Shown piece after piece: positions 17,173-25,614 of a DNA stretch of 64,000 nucleotides (position 1 is its first letter; each line of letters starts with the position of its first letter). Made by a program: the position numbers and the translations under genes. Below the pieces are notes generated by a model. It was given only the letters and a program-made list of their open reading frames with translations. It was not told the origin of the DNA and did no database searches. The DNA is taken from positions 1 to 64,000 of the IMG/VR virus record IMGVR_UViG_3300020037_006332; one strand, given 5' to 3'. This DNA is from a virus (lineage: Duplodnaviria > Caudoviricetes).

Positions 17173-18311
17173 TGGTTTGGCAAGATTGAGCGATATTGAC
17201 GGGCGGAGCGGCCCACGCCTTGCAGCATGGAACGGCCCACAAACTTGCCCGGCCCGGCGGCCCGGCGGGGGACGTAGGTGATCGACGCGACTTTCTTGCC
17301 GGGGAAGGATTGGCCCTGCTGGTACACCCGCTGCACGACGTCGACCACGCTGGCGGCGGAGAGGGAATAATCGTACTGGTGGCCGTAGACCGTCCCGCGA
17401 ATGCGAAGATTGTCCCAAATGGCCTTACCCTTGCTGCTGGCGGCCTGGAGCCGCTTGAAGATGCCCGGCGGGACGTTGTGGTAGTCGTACACGGGGCCCG
17501 GGCCGTGGCGGCGGTTACTGAGGGTCTTGCCTAGCTTGCCACGGGCTCGCCCCCGGCCCTTGTGGCCTCGGCCTTTGATGGAATCGGCGTAGACGGACGT
17601 GGCGAGAAATTGCACTCGGCAGGTGCGGGTATCTGGGTTGTAGCCGATGGCGTAGACGTTGCTGGAGCCCGTCACGATTTGCATCGGGATGTATTGATCG
17701 GACACAAACCGGCCTGTGGGCGGCTGTGGGCCCTGTGGCTGGCCTTGGGCTGGCGGCTGGGTGAATTGACTCCCGCCGGTTCCGGTGCGTGTGGGCTGGC
17801 TCGTGGGGCGGCTAGGCGGGGCTTTGGGCCGGCTGCTGCCGCCGGAGCCTCCCCGGGGCGGCTTCGTGCTGCCGCCGGTGCTGCTGGTGGGCGGGGTGAC
17901 GTTGTAGCCCAGTGAATTCAGCAGGTCCATCGCTGATTTGAGGCTGGCCGGATTCACGTCCCGGCTCTTATCGGATTCGCGGCCGAATAAAAAACCGATG
18001 GCCTTGCCCACGGGGCCCAGTTGGCCCAGCACTTTGCTTAGGATGCCGCCGGTGGCTCCGCCCCGGGCATAGCGGTCGATATCGTTCAGAAATTGGCCGG
18101 CTAGGGTGCCGCCTAGGGCCTGCTTGCGGATTCCCTTCCAGCTCTTGGGTCGTGGTGAATTGGTGAAGCGGGCCAGCTTTTGGGCCTCGCCGCCGAGTAG
18201 CTGGCGGGCTCCCTTGGTGTAAATCTGGCGGTTCCGCTGGGCCTGCGTGATCGCCTTATGGGCCTGTAGGCCAGCGTTGAGGGCGTTTCGCCATGCGTCG
18301 AACGTGGCCAT
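17169..18311 (-). CDS. KTSC-domain protein with low-complexity N-terminal half
   Basis: SSNVYAIGYN...YDYHNVP..IF..L..ASSKG is the KTSC pattern. Confidence 0.65.
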   Translation of the reverse strand: MATFDAWRNALNAGLQAHKAITQAQRNRQIYTKGARQLLGGEAQKLARFTNSPRPKSWKGIRKQALGGTLAGQFLNDIDRYARGGATGGILSKVLGQLGPVGKAIGFLFGRESDKSRDVNPASLKSAMDLLNSLGYNVTPPTSSTGGSTKPPRGGSGGSSRPKAPPSRPTSQPTRTGTGGSQFTQPPAQGQPQGPQPPTGRFVSDQYIPMQIVTGSSNVYAIGYNPDTRTCRVQFLATSVYADSIKGRGHKGRGRARGKLGKTLSNRRHGPGPVYDYHNVPPGIFKRLQAASSKGKAIWDNLRIRGTVYGHQYDYSLSAASVVDVVQRVYQQGQSFPGKKVASITYVPRRAAGPGKFVGRSMLQGVGRSARQYRSILPNQ

Positions 18312-18329
18312 CCTTGGCACCTTGGTGGG

Positions 18330-18662
18330 TTAAAACTGCGGCTGGATCGTTTCGGCTGGCCGGCGGCGGACGTGAGCCCGGCAGGGGTGCGATAGAGGTC
18401 TAAACCGGATTTCATTCTCGGAAATCACGGTGATTTCGGATAGGTCAATCGCAAATAGGTGGCAGAGATAAAGGATGGAACTTAGGTAGTCGTCGTTCAA
18501 ACTTAGCTCGTAGTCTATCCACTGTCCGGCGAACCAGTATTCCACGCGGGTGACCATGTAGCCGTGGCCCTGGTGTTGCTTGAGGTCGTCGCGTAGCTGC
18601 TGGATGCCCGGACCACTGGCCCACTCGGTTACCATGTCGATAGGGTTAATTTCGGTGGTCAT
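18330..18662 (-). CDS. Small protein, EI-x-P-x-DM-xx-EW N-tag family
   Basis: Member of a coupled tandem run. Confidence 0.6.
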   Translation of the reverse strand: MTTEINPIDMVTEWASGPGIQQLRDDLKQHQGHGYMVTRVEYWFAGQWIDYELSLNDDYLSSILYLCHLFAIDLSEITVISENEIRFRPLSHPCRAHVRRRPAETIQPQF

Positions 18663-18970
18663 TGCGGCCTCTGGAGCACTAGCCGGAATCCCAGCCTAGG
18701 GCATGGTTCTGAATCGAGTTCGACATACGCCACGTTTCCGCACTGGCGGACTTCGTGCCTGCCTTGGTTTTTGTACTGGGCCCAGTTGGAATACATGAAA
18801 TCTAGGGCCTCCTGGCCGGTTAGGCCCACGCAATGATTCAGCCATTGGTCGTGTGGGTTGTGCCCCCAGCCAGCCCCGTCGCGGTGGCTGTGACTGACTA
18901 CCTTCCAGCGGAGCGGGTCCAGGGTGTCCTGGAAGTCAGCGATGATCGTGGTGGTGGTTATTTTGCTCAC
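18659..18970 (-). CDS. Small protein, N-tag family
   Basis: GTG start (VSKITTTTIIADF), 4-nt overlap. Confidence 0.6.
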   Translation of the reverse strand: MSKITTTTIIADFQDTLDPLRWKVVSHSHRDGAGWGHNPHDQWLNHCVGLTGQEALDFMYSNWAQYKNQGRHEVRQCGNVAYVELDSEPCPRLGFRLVLQRPQ

Positions 18971-19332
18971 GGCTGGGGCTCGATGGTTAAACGCCAATGG
19001 AACGGATTGGAGCCGGACACAAACTCACAATAGGCTTGCCCGTTAAGCTGATAATAGGCCGTCCCGCCCGGCAGGATTTTCTCGGTAAGTCGCCACGAAA
19101 GCCCCCAGCGGTGTTGCCAGTATTCCAGATGCTCGGCGACGGTCTGCCCGTGGATGCCTACTATTTCGTGGTCGCCGGAAAATCTCCCGGGGGCCATCGG
19201 CGGGTAGCCCACTGACAGTAAGGTCACGCTGGTGATGCGATAGCCTTGGGCTAGGCGTTCCGGGATCGGCTCGCCGCAAACCGAAAAGTCGTGCATGTCT
19301 TCGATCATTTCGCGGACTGTGAATTCGCTCAC
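18967..19332 (-). CDS. Small protein, N-tag family
   Basis: GTG start (VSEFTVREMIEDM), 4-nt overlap. Confidence 0.55.
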   Translation of the reverse strand: MSEFTVREMIEDMHDFSVCGEPIPERLAQGYRITSVTLLSVGYPPMAPGRFSGDHEIVGIHGQTVAEHLEYWQHRWGLSWRLTEKILPGGTAYYQLNGQAYCEFVSGSNPFHWRLTIEPQP

Positions 19333-19637
19333 GGTGGGGCTATCTCCAGCTTCCAGCGGCGTTTCTCGGGTGAGCGGTCTTTGCGTAGTGACACGCTCGT
19401 AAACGCCACGGTGGCCGGGATCGTGTCGGTGCGATACTTGATATCTTCCACCAGCCACCATTGGCGGCGAAATTCGGCTAGCTGCTCGTCCACGGTGGTT
19501 TTGGGCCCATTCCACCAGTAAGTCCAGGCTTCCATGATGGTCTGGCGGTGATACCATCGCTGGATAATCCATTGGCCCGGGGGTGTGATCTCTTTTTGGA
19601 AATCCGCCAGTAGCGTGGCGGTCGTGATTTCGCTCAC
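19329..19637 (-). CDS. Small protein, N-tag family
   Basis: GTG start (VSEITTATLLADF), 4-nt overlap. Confidence 0.6.
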   Translation of the reverse strand: MSEITTATLLADFQKEITPPGQWIIQRWYHRQTIMEAWTYWWNGPKTTVDEQLAEFRRQWWLVEDIKYRTDTIPATVAFTSVSLRKDRSPEKRRWKLEIAPP

Positions 19638-19939
19638 AGCTCTAGCCTCCAGGTGTAGGTGCTGTAGCCGCCCCGGGTGACGTAGGCGTGATCGCCGTAA
19701 AACTTGATAGCGTCGATGCCGATAGTGGGCGTCCAGTGGTGATCGACTTCGGCCAGAAACTCCTGGACGGTCTTCCCGGGGGCTGCCTTGCACCATTTGT
19801 CCGACATAAAGTCGGTTGCCGTGTGCTCGGGTCCGCCGTACCGCACCTGGGCCACGACGGCGGCCCGGATGATGCGTTGCATCGGCTCTAGGTGGCCGGT
19901 GAAATCAGCGATAATGCTATGGGCAGTGATTTCGTCCAT
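19634..19939 (-). CDS. Small protein, N-tag family
   Basis: Start MDEITAHSIIADF. Confidence 0.6.
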   Translation of the reverse strand: MDEITAHSIIADFTGHLEPMQRIIRAAVVAQVRYGGPEHTATDFMSDKWCKAAPGKTVQEFLAEVDHHWTPTIGIDAIKFYGDHAYVTRGGYSTYTWRLEL

Positions 19940-20032
19940 CGGCTCGGCTAAATAGGTGCATGAACTACGCTTGCCATCCTCCGCCCCCGCCCGGCGTAGC
20001 AGCGTTCGCACGCGGGGAGTTGCACGGCCTGT

Positions 20033-20060
20033 AGTATAGCGAGCGAATGCGGCTGGTCAA
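20033..20060 (-). promoter_or_regulatory. Sigma70-like promoter with operator
   Basis: TTGACC-N16-TATACT with CGCTCGC. Confidence 0.65.
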
Positions 20061-22438
20061 GCTCGGCGGGGGCCCTGGAATTGCACGCTCTCGCGGGGCT
20101 TCCAGGGGCGTTGGACGGGCTTCGGGGCGGAGCCGGTGCCCATCTTGTCGCTATAGATCGCGTAGCCCATCGCGTCCAGGGCGTGGTCGTTAAAGTCCAC
20201 GGGACGGTTTTGGGGGTTCCGCTGGCGGCGAGCGGCGTCGCCGGTGCTGGCCCCGGTGGGCTCGGCCCAGTGATAGCCGCGAATCTCGGAAATCAGATTC
20301 TTGCACTTGCTGAGAATGTAGAGCCGGGGGCGGCCGTTGTCGCCCACCAGCATAAGGCTCCGCAGTTCCGAAATCCGGCTATTGACGGGGTACTGGCCGA
20401 AACCTTTATTAGCCCCGGTGCACTTGAGGCCCAGCCGGGTAAATTCGACCATTTGCTGGGGGTCGGCCGTGTCGCAATAGGTTGGCCCGTAGGCGGGGTG
20501 ATCGTATTTCCAATCCCGCTGGTTAATTTTGGCCAAGTGGTAGGCGTTGGGCTTTTGGGTTTCGTAGTGTTCGTCGTAAACGTAGTAGGTGCCGTCTTTG
20601 TCACGGGCCACCCAAACCACGGCAAACGGCGAATTGTAGCCCCAGTCGATGCCCCGGATGTGGAGCCATCCACTGGGGATGCGGCCGGCGTCAAGCTGCT
20701 CGGCCAGCTTCCGCATGGGCTCGGGGAGGGTGGTGCTGGCGGGGTCCAGGACGTGGATGCCCCGGCGGAATTCCTTGAATACCTGTCCCCGGAACGTGGC
20801 GAAATGCCCGGTTTCGCGGGTCATCCGCATATCTTCGTCGGTGGCCTTCAGTCGGCTTTGTACATAGTCCTGGTCGATGTACTGATTGAGGCTGGTGTTT
20901 AGGTGGTAGAATTCCCAGCCGTCGGGGACGTCTTCGTATTTGTCGGGCCACTCGGGGGACACGATTTCGACGGGGGTAAAATCGGCCCAGCCCGGGCTAC
21001 CGTAGTCGCGGCATCGCCACTGGACTTCCTCCACAATCTCGAACGGCACTTCCTCGTTAAACCAGTAGCCGCCGATTGATCGGCCTTGCATATGCTGGCG
21101 GCCCTGGTTGTAGCTCTTGAATTCGATAACCCACCCGATTTTGCTGGGGTTCTTGGGGTGCTTCAGCAGCACGGCGGCGGGCCATGATCGCTGCTTATCG
21201 AACCACGAAATATGGGCAATCTTTTCGGGCGGGATAAACGTGGAGAGTTTTTCCTGCCAGCAAATGCTGCAAACCATGTCGAACGATTGCCCGATAATCC
21301 AGAATGGGCAGTGTTCTCGATAGGGCGGGGTATCGAGCACGTAGCGGGCCGTCTTGTAGGCGGCGGCCACGGTCTTGCCGCTGTTGTGGTGGAAAACCCC
21401 GGCCAGCTCGTAGTTGTGCCACCCGTGGACGGTGAAATCATAGAAGTCCTGGACGCCAATCGGCTCGATCTTGACCACGTGGGCGGTATTGGCTATCGTT
21501 GCCTCCAATGGGTACGTGGAATCGCATAGACTGGCCGGTCGAGAAAATGCGTACTTGGTACGAAGTGGACGGCCTTTCGTGTGCTGAAATTGGGGCCAAG
21601 CTCCAGCAGTCTGGGCGGACTGTGTGGAAAGTTTGCAAGCGGCATGGGTTTCGGATGCGTCCTGTAGGGCCGCCCCGTGGCGAGAAAAACCCGGCCTGGA
21701 AGGGTGGCCGCACGGTCGATAAGGCTGGTTATGTGCTAACGCTTTGCCCGTCGCATCCGCAAGCCAATTCGGGCGGCTATGTCCGGGAGCATCGGCTAAT
21801 CGCCGAACGGCTTCTAGGGCGATATCTGCTCCCGTCGGAAGTGGTTCACCATGTAAACGATGACCCTGCGGATAATCGGCCGGAAAACCTACTGGTGTAT
21901 GCCACAAACGGCTTGCACTTGGCGGACACGCTGCAAGGCAAGTGCCCAAACTGGTCGGACGATGGGCGGGTCCGGATCGCGGCCGGAGTTGCGAAACGTG
22001 CATCCAATCGCCGGAAGCGGTCAAAACCCGGTGGTGCCCAGTCGCCTTAAATGCCTGCCCGTTGCTCATGGTTACGCGATAGAGCATGTCCCGGCCCTTG
22101 CGGAATGGGGCGTTGGCTAGGGCCGGCACGGCTTGCTGGCCATCCCACGCGACCACGTGCCACGGCTCCCGGATTTGGTCCACGCGGCGGTGGTGATTCG
22201 CCACGGGGTCAAAAACAAGCGTATCGCCGGCCACGCATCCGTTGCCCCCTAGGCAAATGGCGAAGTTGGCCTTGCTGTTGACGAATGCGGTTTGTTCGTC
22301 AAAGTTCTCGGGGTTGTCCGGGCGGGGAGTGAACATTTCCAGCGGGGTAAGCCGCTGGTTATATTCCCGGACTAGGCGGCCGTGGCCTGCCTTAATGAGG
22401 GCTTGAATCTGCTGGGGGCTGAATACTTTGGCTGGCAT
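20057..22438 (-). CDS. terL: Terminase large subunit containing an intein
   Basis: Walker A GGNG|SGKT split by the intein; Walker B WFNEE; nuclease GIDWG and NDHALDA; start MPAKVF at 22438. Confidence 0.9.
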   Translation of the reverse strand: MPAKVFSPQQIQALIKAGHGRLVREYNQRLTPLEMFTPRPDNPENFDEQTAFVNSKANFAICLGGNGCVAGDTLVFDPVANHHRRVDQIREPWHVVAWDGQQAVPALANAPFRKGRDMLYRVTMSNGQAFKATGHHRVLTASGDWMHVSQLRPRSGPAHRPTSLGTCLAACPPSASRLWHTPVGFPADYPQGHRLHGEPLPTGADIALEAVRRLADAPGHSRPNWLADATGKALAHNQPYRPCGHPSRPGFSRHGAALQDASETHAACKLSTQSAQTAGAWPQFQHTKGRPLRTKYAFSRPASLCDSTYPLEATIANTAHVVKIEPIGVQDFYDFTVHGWHNYELAGVFHHNSGKTVAAAYKTARYVLDTPPYREHCPFWIIGQSFDMVCSICWQEKLSTFIPPEKIAHISWFDKQRSWPAAVLLKHPKNPSKIGWVIEFKSYNQGRQHMQGRSIGGYWFNEEVPFEIVEEVQWRCRDYGSPGWADFTPVEIVSPEWPDKYEDVPDGWEFYHLNTSLNQYIDQDYVQSRLKATDEDMRMTRETGHFATFRGQVFKEFRRGIHVLDPASTTLPEPMRKLAEQLDAGRIPSGWLHIRGIDWGYNSPFAVVWVARDKDGTYYVYDEHYETQKPNAYHLAKINQRDWKYDHPAYGPTYCDTADPQQMVEFTRLGLKCTGANKGFGQYPVNSRISELRSLMLVGDNGRPRLYILSKCKNLISEIRGYHWAEPTGASTGDAARRQRNPQNRPVDFNDHALDAMGYAIYSDKMGTGSAPKPVQRPWKPRESVQFQGPRRA
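21383..22237 (-). mobile_element. Intein (285 aa) in the TerL P-loop
   Basis: Begins CVAGDTLV, block B TGHH, block F YDFTV, ends HHN followed by Ser; excision restores GGNGSGKT. Confidence 0.9.
21508..22050 (+). CDS. HNH endonuclease encoded antisense inside the intein
   Basis: HTH-like N-terminus, GEKNPAWKGG, GYVREHRLIAE...EVVHHVNDDPADNRPENL. Confidence 0.85.
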   Translation: MGTWNRIDWPVEKMRTWYEVDGLSCAEIGAKLQQSGRTVWKVCKRHGFRMRPVGPPRGEKNPAWKGGRTVDKAGYVLTLCPSHPQANSGGYVREHRLIAERLLGRYLLPSEVVHHVNDDPADNRPENLLVYATNGLHLADTLQGKCPNWSDDGRVRIAAGVAKRASNRRKRSKPGGAQSP

Positions 22439-22784
22439 CCATGCCTCTGCCGAACGGGATGTAAAGGGTGTAATAGCCGGCCTTACGGAGTGCGTCCCGC
22501 ATGGCAATCGCGGCTGGCCCGTTGAAACTGTGCACCACAAACGTCCGCACGTCGGGCTTGTTCATTAGAATCCAGCGGACCACTTCACTGCCGCTATTTT
22601 CTTCGGCGGTGTCTTGATAGTGCTGGCCGCCTAGGTCGTGGTCCAGGTGTACCTCGAACCATGTTTCCGGGCGGCGGAGCTGGTCAATACACTCGCGGGC
22701 CGTGTTGACGATGATGGCGTCGGGTTGCATCCGACGGAAAATCCGGCAGCGGGTGGGGTCATCGTCTAGGAACAAAATGGCCAT
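22392..22784 (-). CDS. Cyclic-phosphate-processing receiver-domain protein
   Basis: ILFLDDD, HLDHDLG, SGSEVVRW, VHSFN motifs. Confidence 0.75.
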   Translation of the reverse strand: MAILFLDDDPTRCRIFRRMQPDAIIVNTARECIDQLRRPETWFEVHLDHDLGGQHYQDTAEENSGSEVVRWILMNKPDVRTFVVHSFNGPAAIAMRDALRKAGYYTLYIPFGRGMDASQSIQPPADSSPH

Positions 22785-23181
22785 GTGTGCGGGCTTCCTT
22801 GCGGATAAATCCAAACTCCATTTCAAACATCGGGGACGCTTGGTGGCTCTTGAATGGTCGCCGCGAGACGTGTGAAAGCTGGTATTCCAGGACCGTCGCC
22901 ACTAATCGCATCCGGGTCGTTAGCTGCTCGTGGTCATCGACGTGGGCCATGTAAATGGCGGTGATCGTGTGCACGTAGGCCAGCACGGTTTCGCGGCTAC
23001 TGAGGCCCAGCGGCCGGGGGCCAACCGACATATCCCACGTGGCTTTTGTAAAAACTCGATTGATACTTTTCCAGGTCCGCCAGTCTTCCCGGAGTTTGGC
23101 CAATAGCTCCCCGTGCTTATGCTCGGCGGCGGCTTGGTGCCCCCAGTCGGTGAACATCGTCACGGGGTCGATTTCGATCAT
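22759..23181 (-). CDS. Small protein, N-tag family
   Basis: MIEIDPVTMFTDW. Confidence 0.55.
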   Translation of the reverse strand: MIEIDPVTMFTDWGHQAAAEHKHGELLAKLREDWRTWKSINRVFTKATWDMSVGPRPLGLSSRETVLAYVHTITAIYMAHVDDHEQLTTRMRLVATVLEYQLSHVSRRPFKSHQASPMFEMEFGFIRKEARTHGHFVPRR

Positions 23182-23507
23182 GCCAAAAGCATCCTAAAGC
23201 GTGAGCGGTAGCCGTTGCTTTCGGTGGCCCAGAGAATCGTTTCGGTGGAGCCGAATTCGAGTCTGATATTAGTGAGCTGGGGCCAGTGGTTGGCAATCCA
23301 GCGGGCGTAGTCGTCGATGGTTTTCGCCCCCATGTATTGTAGGCTGGCGGTGGCGTTTGTCTCGCCATAGCCGGCTGGCTGGCCGCCGGGCGTAAAATCC
23401 TTCCGGTAAACTGCCCGGATTTTTCGGTTCCTGGGGTCCAGGGCGATAGCCCAGTCGGTGACCATATCCTGGGGGTTAATTTCCGGCGTCGGCAGTTTGC
23501 TGCTCAC
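23178..23507 (-). CDS. Small protein, N-tag family
   Basis: PEINPQDMVTDW. Confidence 0.55.
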   Translation of the reverse strand: MSSKLPTPEINPQDMVTDWAIALDPRNRKIRAVYRKDFTPGGQPAGYGETNATASLQYMGAKTIDDYARWIANHWPQLTNIRLEFGSTETILWATESNGYRSRFRMLLA

Positions 23508-24552
23508 GGCTGGCCTCGGCGATGATCTTCTTGACCTTGGCAGGTTTCATCCGAACATCACGGGCGATAGCCACGACGTCGTTGCCCTGCTGGAATAGCT
23601 CCAGGACACGCTGCTCCGGGGTGAGCGGTTCAGCGGGTTCCTCGTATTCTACAGCGAGCGAAGCAATTTCCAACTCCATTTCCGGCATCGCGGGTCGGGT
23701 CGGGAGCGGGGCGTCCACGACGTCCTGGCCAAACTGCTTGGCGGCGAAGTCCTGGCCGGCTTCGTTCAGTAGCTCCTGGGCATTATTAGCAATATCATCA
23801 ATTCCCATAAGTTCCGCTAATACTGCGGCCAGCTCGGCCCAGCGGGCGTCTGCCAGCCACGGGCTCCCCTCGTCTTCGCGGGCTCCGTATTGGGCGGATT
23901 TGATGCGGGCGATTTGCTCGATGGGCACCCGCTGGCGGATCAGGGTTTCCAGGTCGTCAATGCGGGTGGGGATTTCGGGGGCCGGGACGGGCTCGCCGCT
24001 GTCGGGGTCGACTTCCGGGGTTTCGGGGCTGAGATAGCCCATCATTTCCAGGTCGTAGTGATAGCGGGCTTCGATGGCGGCTGGGGTTAATTCTGACCCC
24101 GGCTTGTCAATCTCGCGTTGGACTCGCTCGATATCGGGGAGCGGGTTGTCGCCGGGCTGAAACCATCGCCATTCATTGGCGATAATGCGAAGCGGCACCT
24201 TTTCGGCGTGCATTTCGGTGGGCGTTTTGCGTTCGATACGCGGGGGCGGGTCCAGCAGGCATTGCCGGCGGGCCTCGTCGCGGGCGTGCCAGAATGAGAC
24301 GGGGGGCTCGGCTTCGCCGGTGGCGTTAAACTCGGCGTAGGCTTGGGCCAGCTTTCGCATCGCTTGGCTGGCGATGGGCAGGGCGAATTGATCGTAGCCC
24401 CGGAGCCACGCTTCCAGGGGCCGCCAGTAGCGGGCGTCGGGCGGGACGCTGGTGCCGTCATCGTTAAACAGCTCTAGGGCTTCGTAGGCTTCGTGCTCGG
24501 CGGCGGATAGGTCGCGGATTTCGGTAACGGTAATGCGTTCGGCGGCATCCAT
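23476..24552 (-). CDS. Hypothetical acidic protein with C-terminal HTH-like segment
   Basis: Long ORF; C-terminal VLELFQQGNDVVAIARDVRMKPAKVKKII. Confidence 0.6.
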   Translation of the reverse strand: MDAAERITVTEIRDLSAAEHEAYEALELFNDDGTSVPPDARYWRPLEAWLRGYDQFALPIASQAMRKLAQAYAEFNATGEAEPPVSFWHARDEARRQCLLDPPPRIERKTPTEMHAEKVPLRIIANEWRWFQPGDNPLPDIERVQREIDKPGSELTPAAIEARYHYDLEMMGYLSPETPEVDPDSGEPVPAPEIPTRIDDLETLIRQRVPIEQIARIKSAQYGAREDEGSPWLADARWAELAAVLAELMGIDDIANNAQELLNEAGQDFAAKQFGQDVVDAPLPTRPAMPEMELEIASLAVEYEEPAEPLTPEQRVLELFQQGNDVVAIARDVRMKPAKVKKIIAEASREQQTADAGN

Positions 24553-24845
24553 GTATTTCGCTCCAGGACTCGAAAGTAGGCTTTCCATAATTGGCGGCGG
24601 TGCAAGTCTACCAGATGGTTACAAAGGGAGTGCACCGCTCGCAAGTTAGTTAGATCGTTGGTGCCGCCGTCCTGCAAGGCGACGATATGGTCGACGGTCA
24701 CGAAATGCTCGGGGCGTCGGTCGTGCAGGTGCAGGTGCCGGCCGCAAATTTCGCATTTGCCTAGCTGGCGGACCACCAGTTTAAGTAGTTTGCGGCGGGC
24801 GGCTCGACGCATGGCCCGGACGTAACGGCTTCGGTTTGTGGCCAT
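24474..24845 (-). CDS. Small HNH endonuclease near terminase
   Basis: CEICG...TVDHIVALQDGGTNDLTNLRAVHSLCN. Confidence 0.8.
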   Translation of the reverse strand: MATNRSRYVRAMRRAARRKLLKLVVRQLGKCEICGRHLHLHDRRPEHFVTVDHIVALQDGGTNDLTNLRAVHSLCNHLVDLHRRQLWKAYFRVLERNTWMPPNALPLPKSATYPPPSTKPTKP

Positions 24846-25308
24846 TTTTGGGGGCCTTAGCCGGGGTGGGTGGCGGAGTGGTCGGGGTGGCGGCGGCCAG
24901 CTTGGTTAGCTTGTCTTCCAGCTCGGTGGCGATATCGGCCAGCGGGCGGTCATCGCCATAGGGCTTTTCTTTGGCCTGAAATTTGGTCCGGTAGTTGGTG
25001 GCAAAGTGCCGGGGGTTGCGACGCTCCAGAATCCAGGCGAGGGCTTGCCACGGCCCGGGCTTGCCCTGGACGGCGTAGGTCCGCAGTTGCTCCAGGTCTT
25101 CGACTTCGGCCTGGGCCCGGGCTTTGGTGACGTCCTGGTAGAATCTGGCGTAGGTGGGGTGCCCCTTCTTTCCCTTGGCCAGCCAGCGGCGGACGGTGAT
25201 ACCCGCGATGCCGCAGCACTGGGCGGCGGTCGTGACGAAATTGCCTTTGCGGACAAAATCCACGATCAAGTCGTGGGTGGCTTGGTCTAGCAGTAGCTTG
25301 CGGGCCAT
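24781..25308 (-). CDS. Terminase small subunit-like protein
   Basis: N-terminal HTH (AAQCCGIAGITVRRW) and WQALAWILERR pattern. Confidence 0.7.
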   Translation of the reverse strand: MARKLLLDQATHDLIVDFVRKGNFVTTAAQCCGIAGITVRRWLAKGKKGHPTYARFYQDVTKARAQAEVEDLEQLRTYAVQGKPGPWQALAWILERRNPRHFATNYRTKFQAKEKPYGDDRPLADIATELEDKLTKLAAATPTTPPPTPAKAPKNGHKPKPLRPGHASSRPPQTT

Positions 25309-25315
25309 GACTGGC

Positions 25316-25585
25316 TTACTCGTGGCCTACGATTCCGGTGGCCGTGGTGCCGGTCGCCCGGACGTAGGAAATCCGGCATTTGATTTTTTCGCCCACGGTT
25401 AAAAACGTAAGGGTGCGGTCGGCACTCTTGCCGTAGGGGCGGAACGTGACCGTGCCCACTGCCCCCCGGCACTCGATTTGCCGCACGGGCGGGTCCAGGG
25501 GGTTGGTATCGTGCGGGGTGATCGGCATGATATCCAGGGCGACTTGCGTGATATCGCCGTAGCTGCCTGGGAATTCGTTGGCCAT
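25316..25585 (-). CDS. Head spike base protein (Rcc01079-like)
   Basis: ITPHDTNPL...G.VTF.....VRATGTTATGIVG pattern. Confidence 0.7.
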   Translation of the reverse strand: MANEFPGSYGDITQVALDIMPITPHDTNPLDPPVRQIECRGAVGTVTFRPYGKSADRTLTFLTVGEKIKCRISYVRATGTTATGIVGHE

Positions 25586-25614
25586 CCTTGGCCTCCTTTT
25601 TCAAGTCGAGAGGG

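Noticed and set aside
23185-23200. Other GGA-containing RBSs (e.g. UUUAGGAUGC at 23.19 kb, UUAGGAUG at 39.77 kb) as CsrA sites
   Set aside because: They lack the CA-N-GGA frame and a closing stem, so they were not counted
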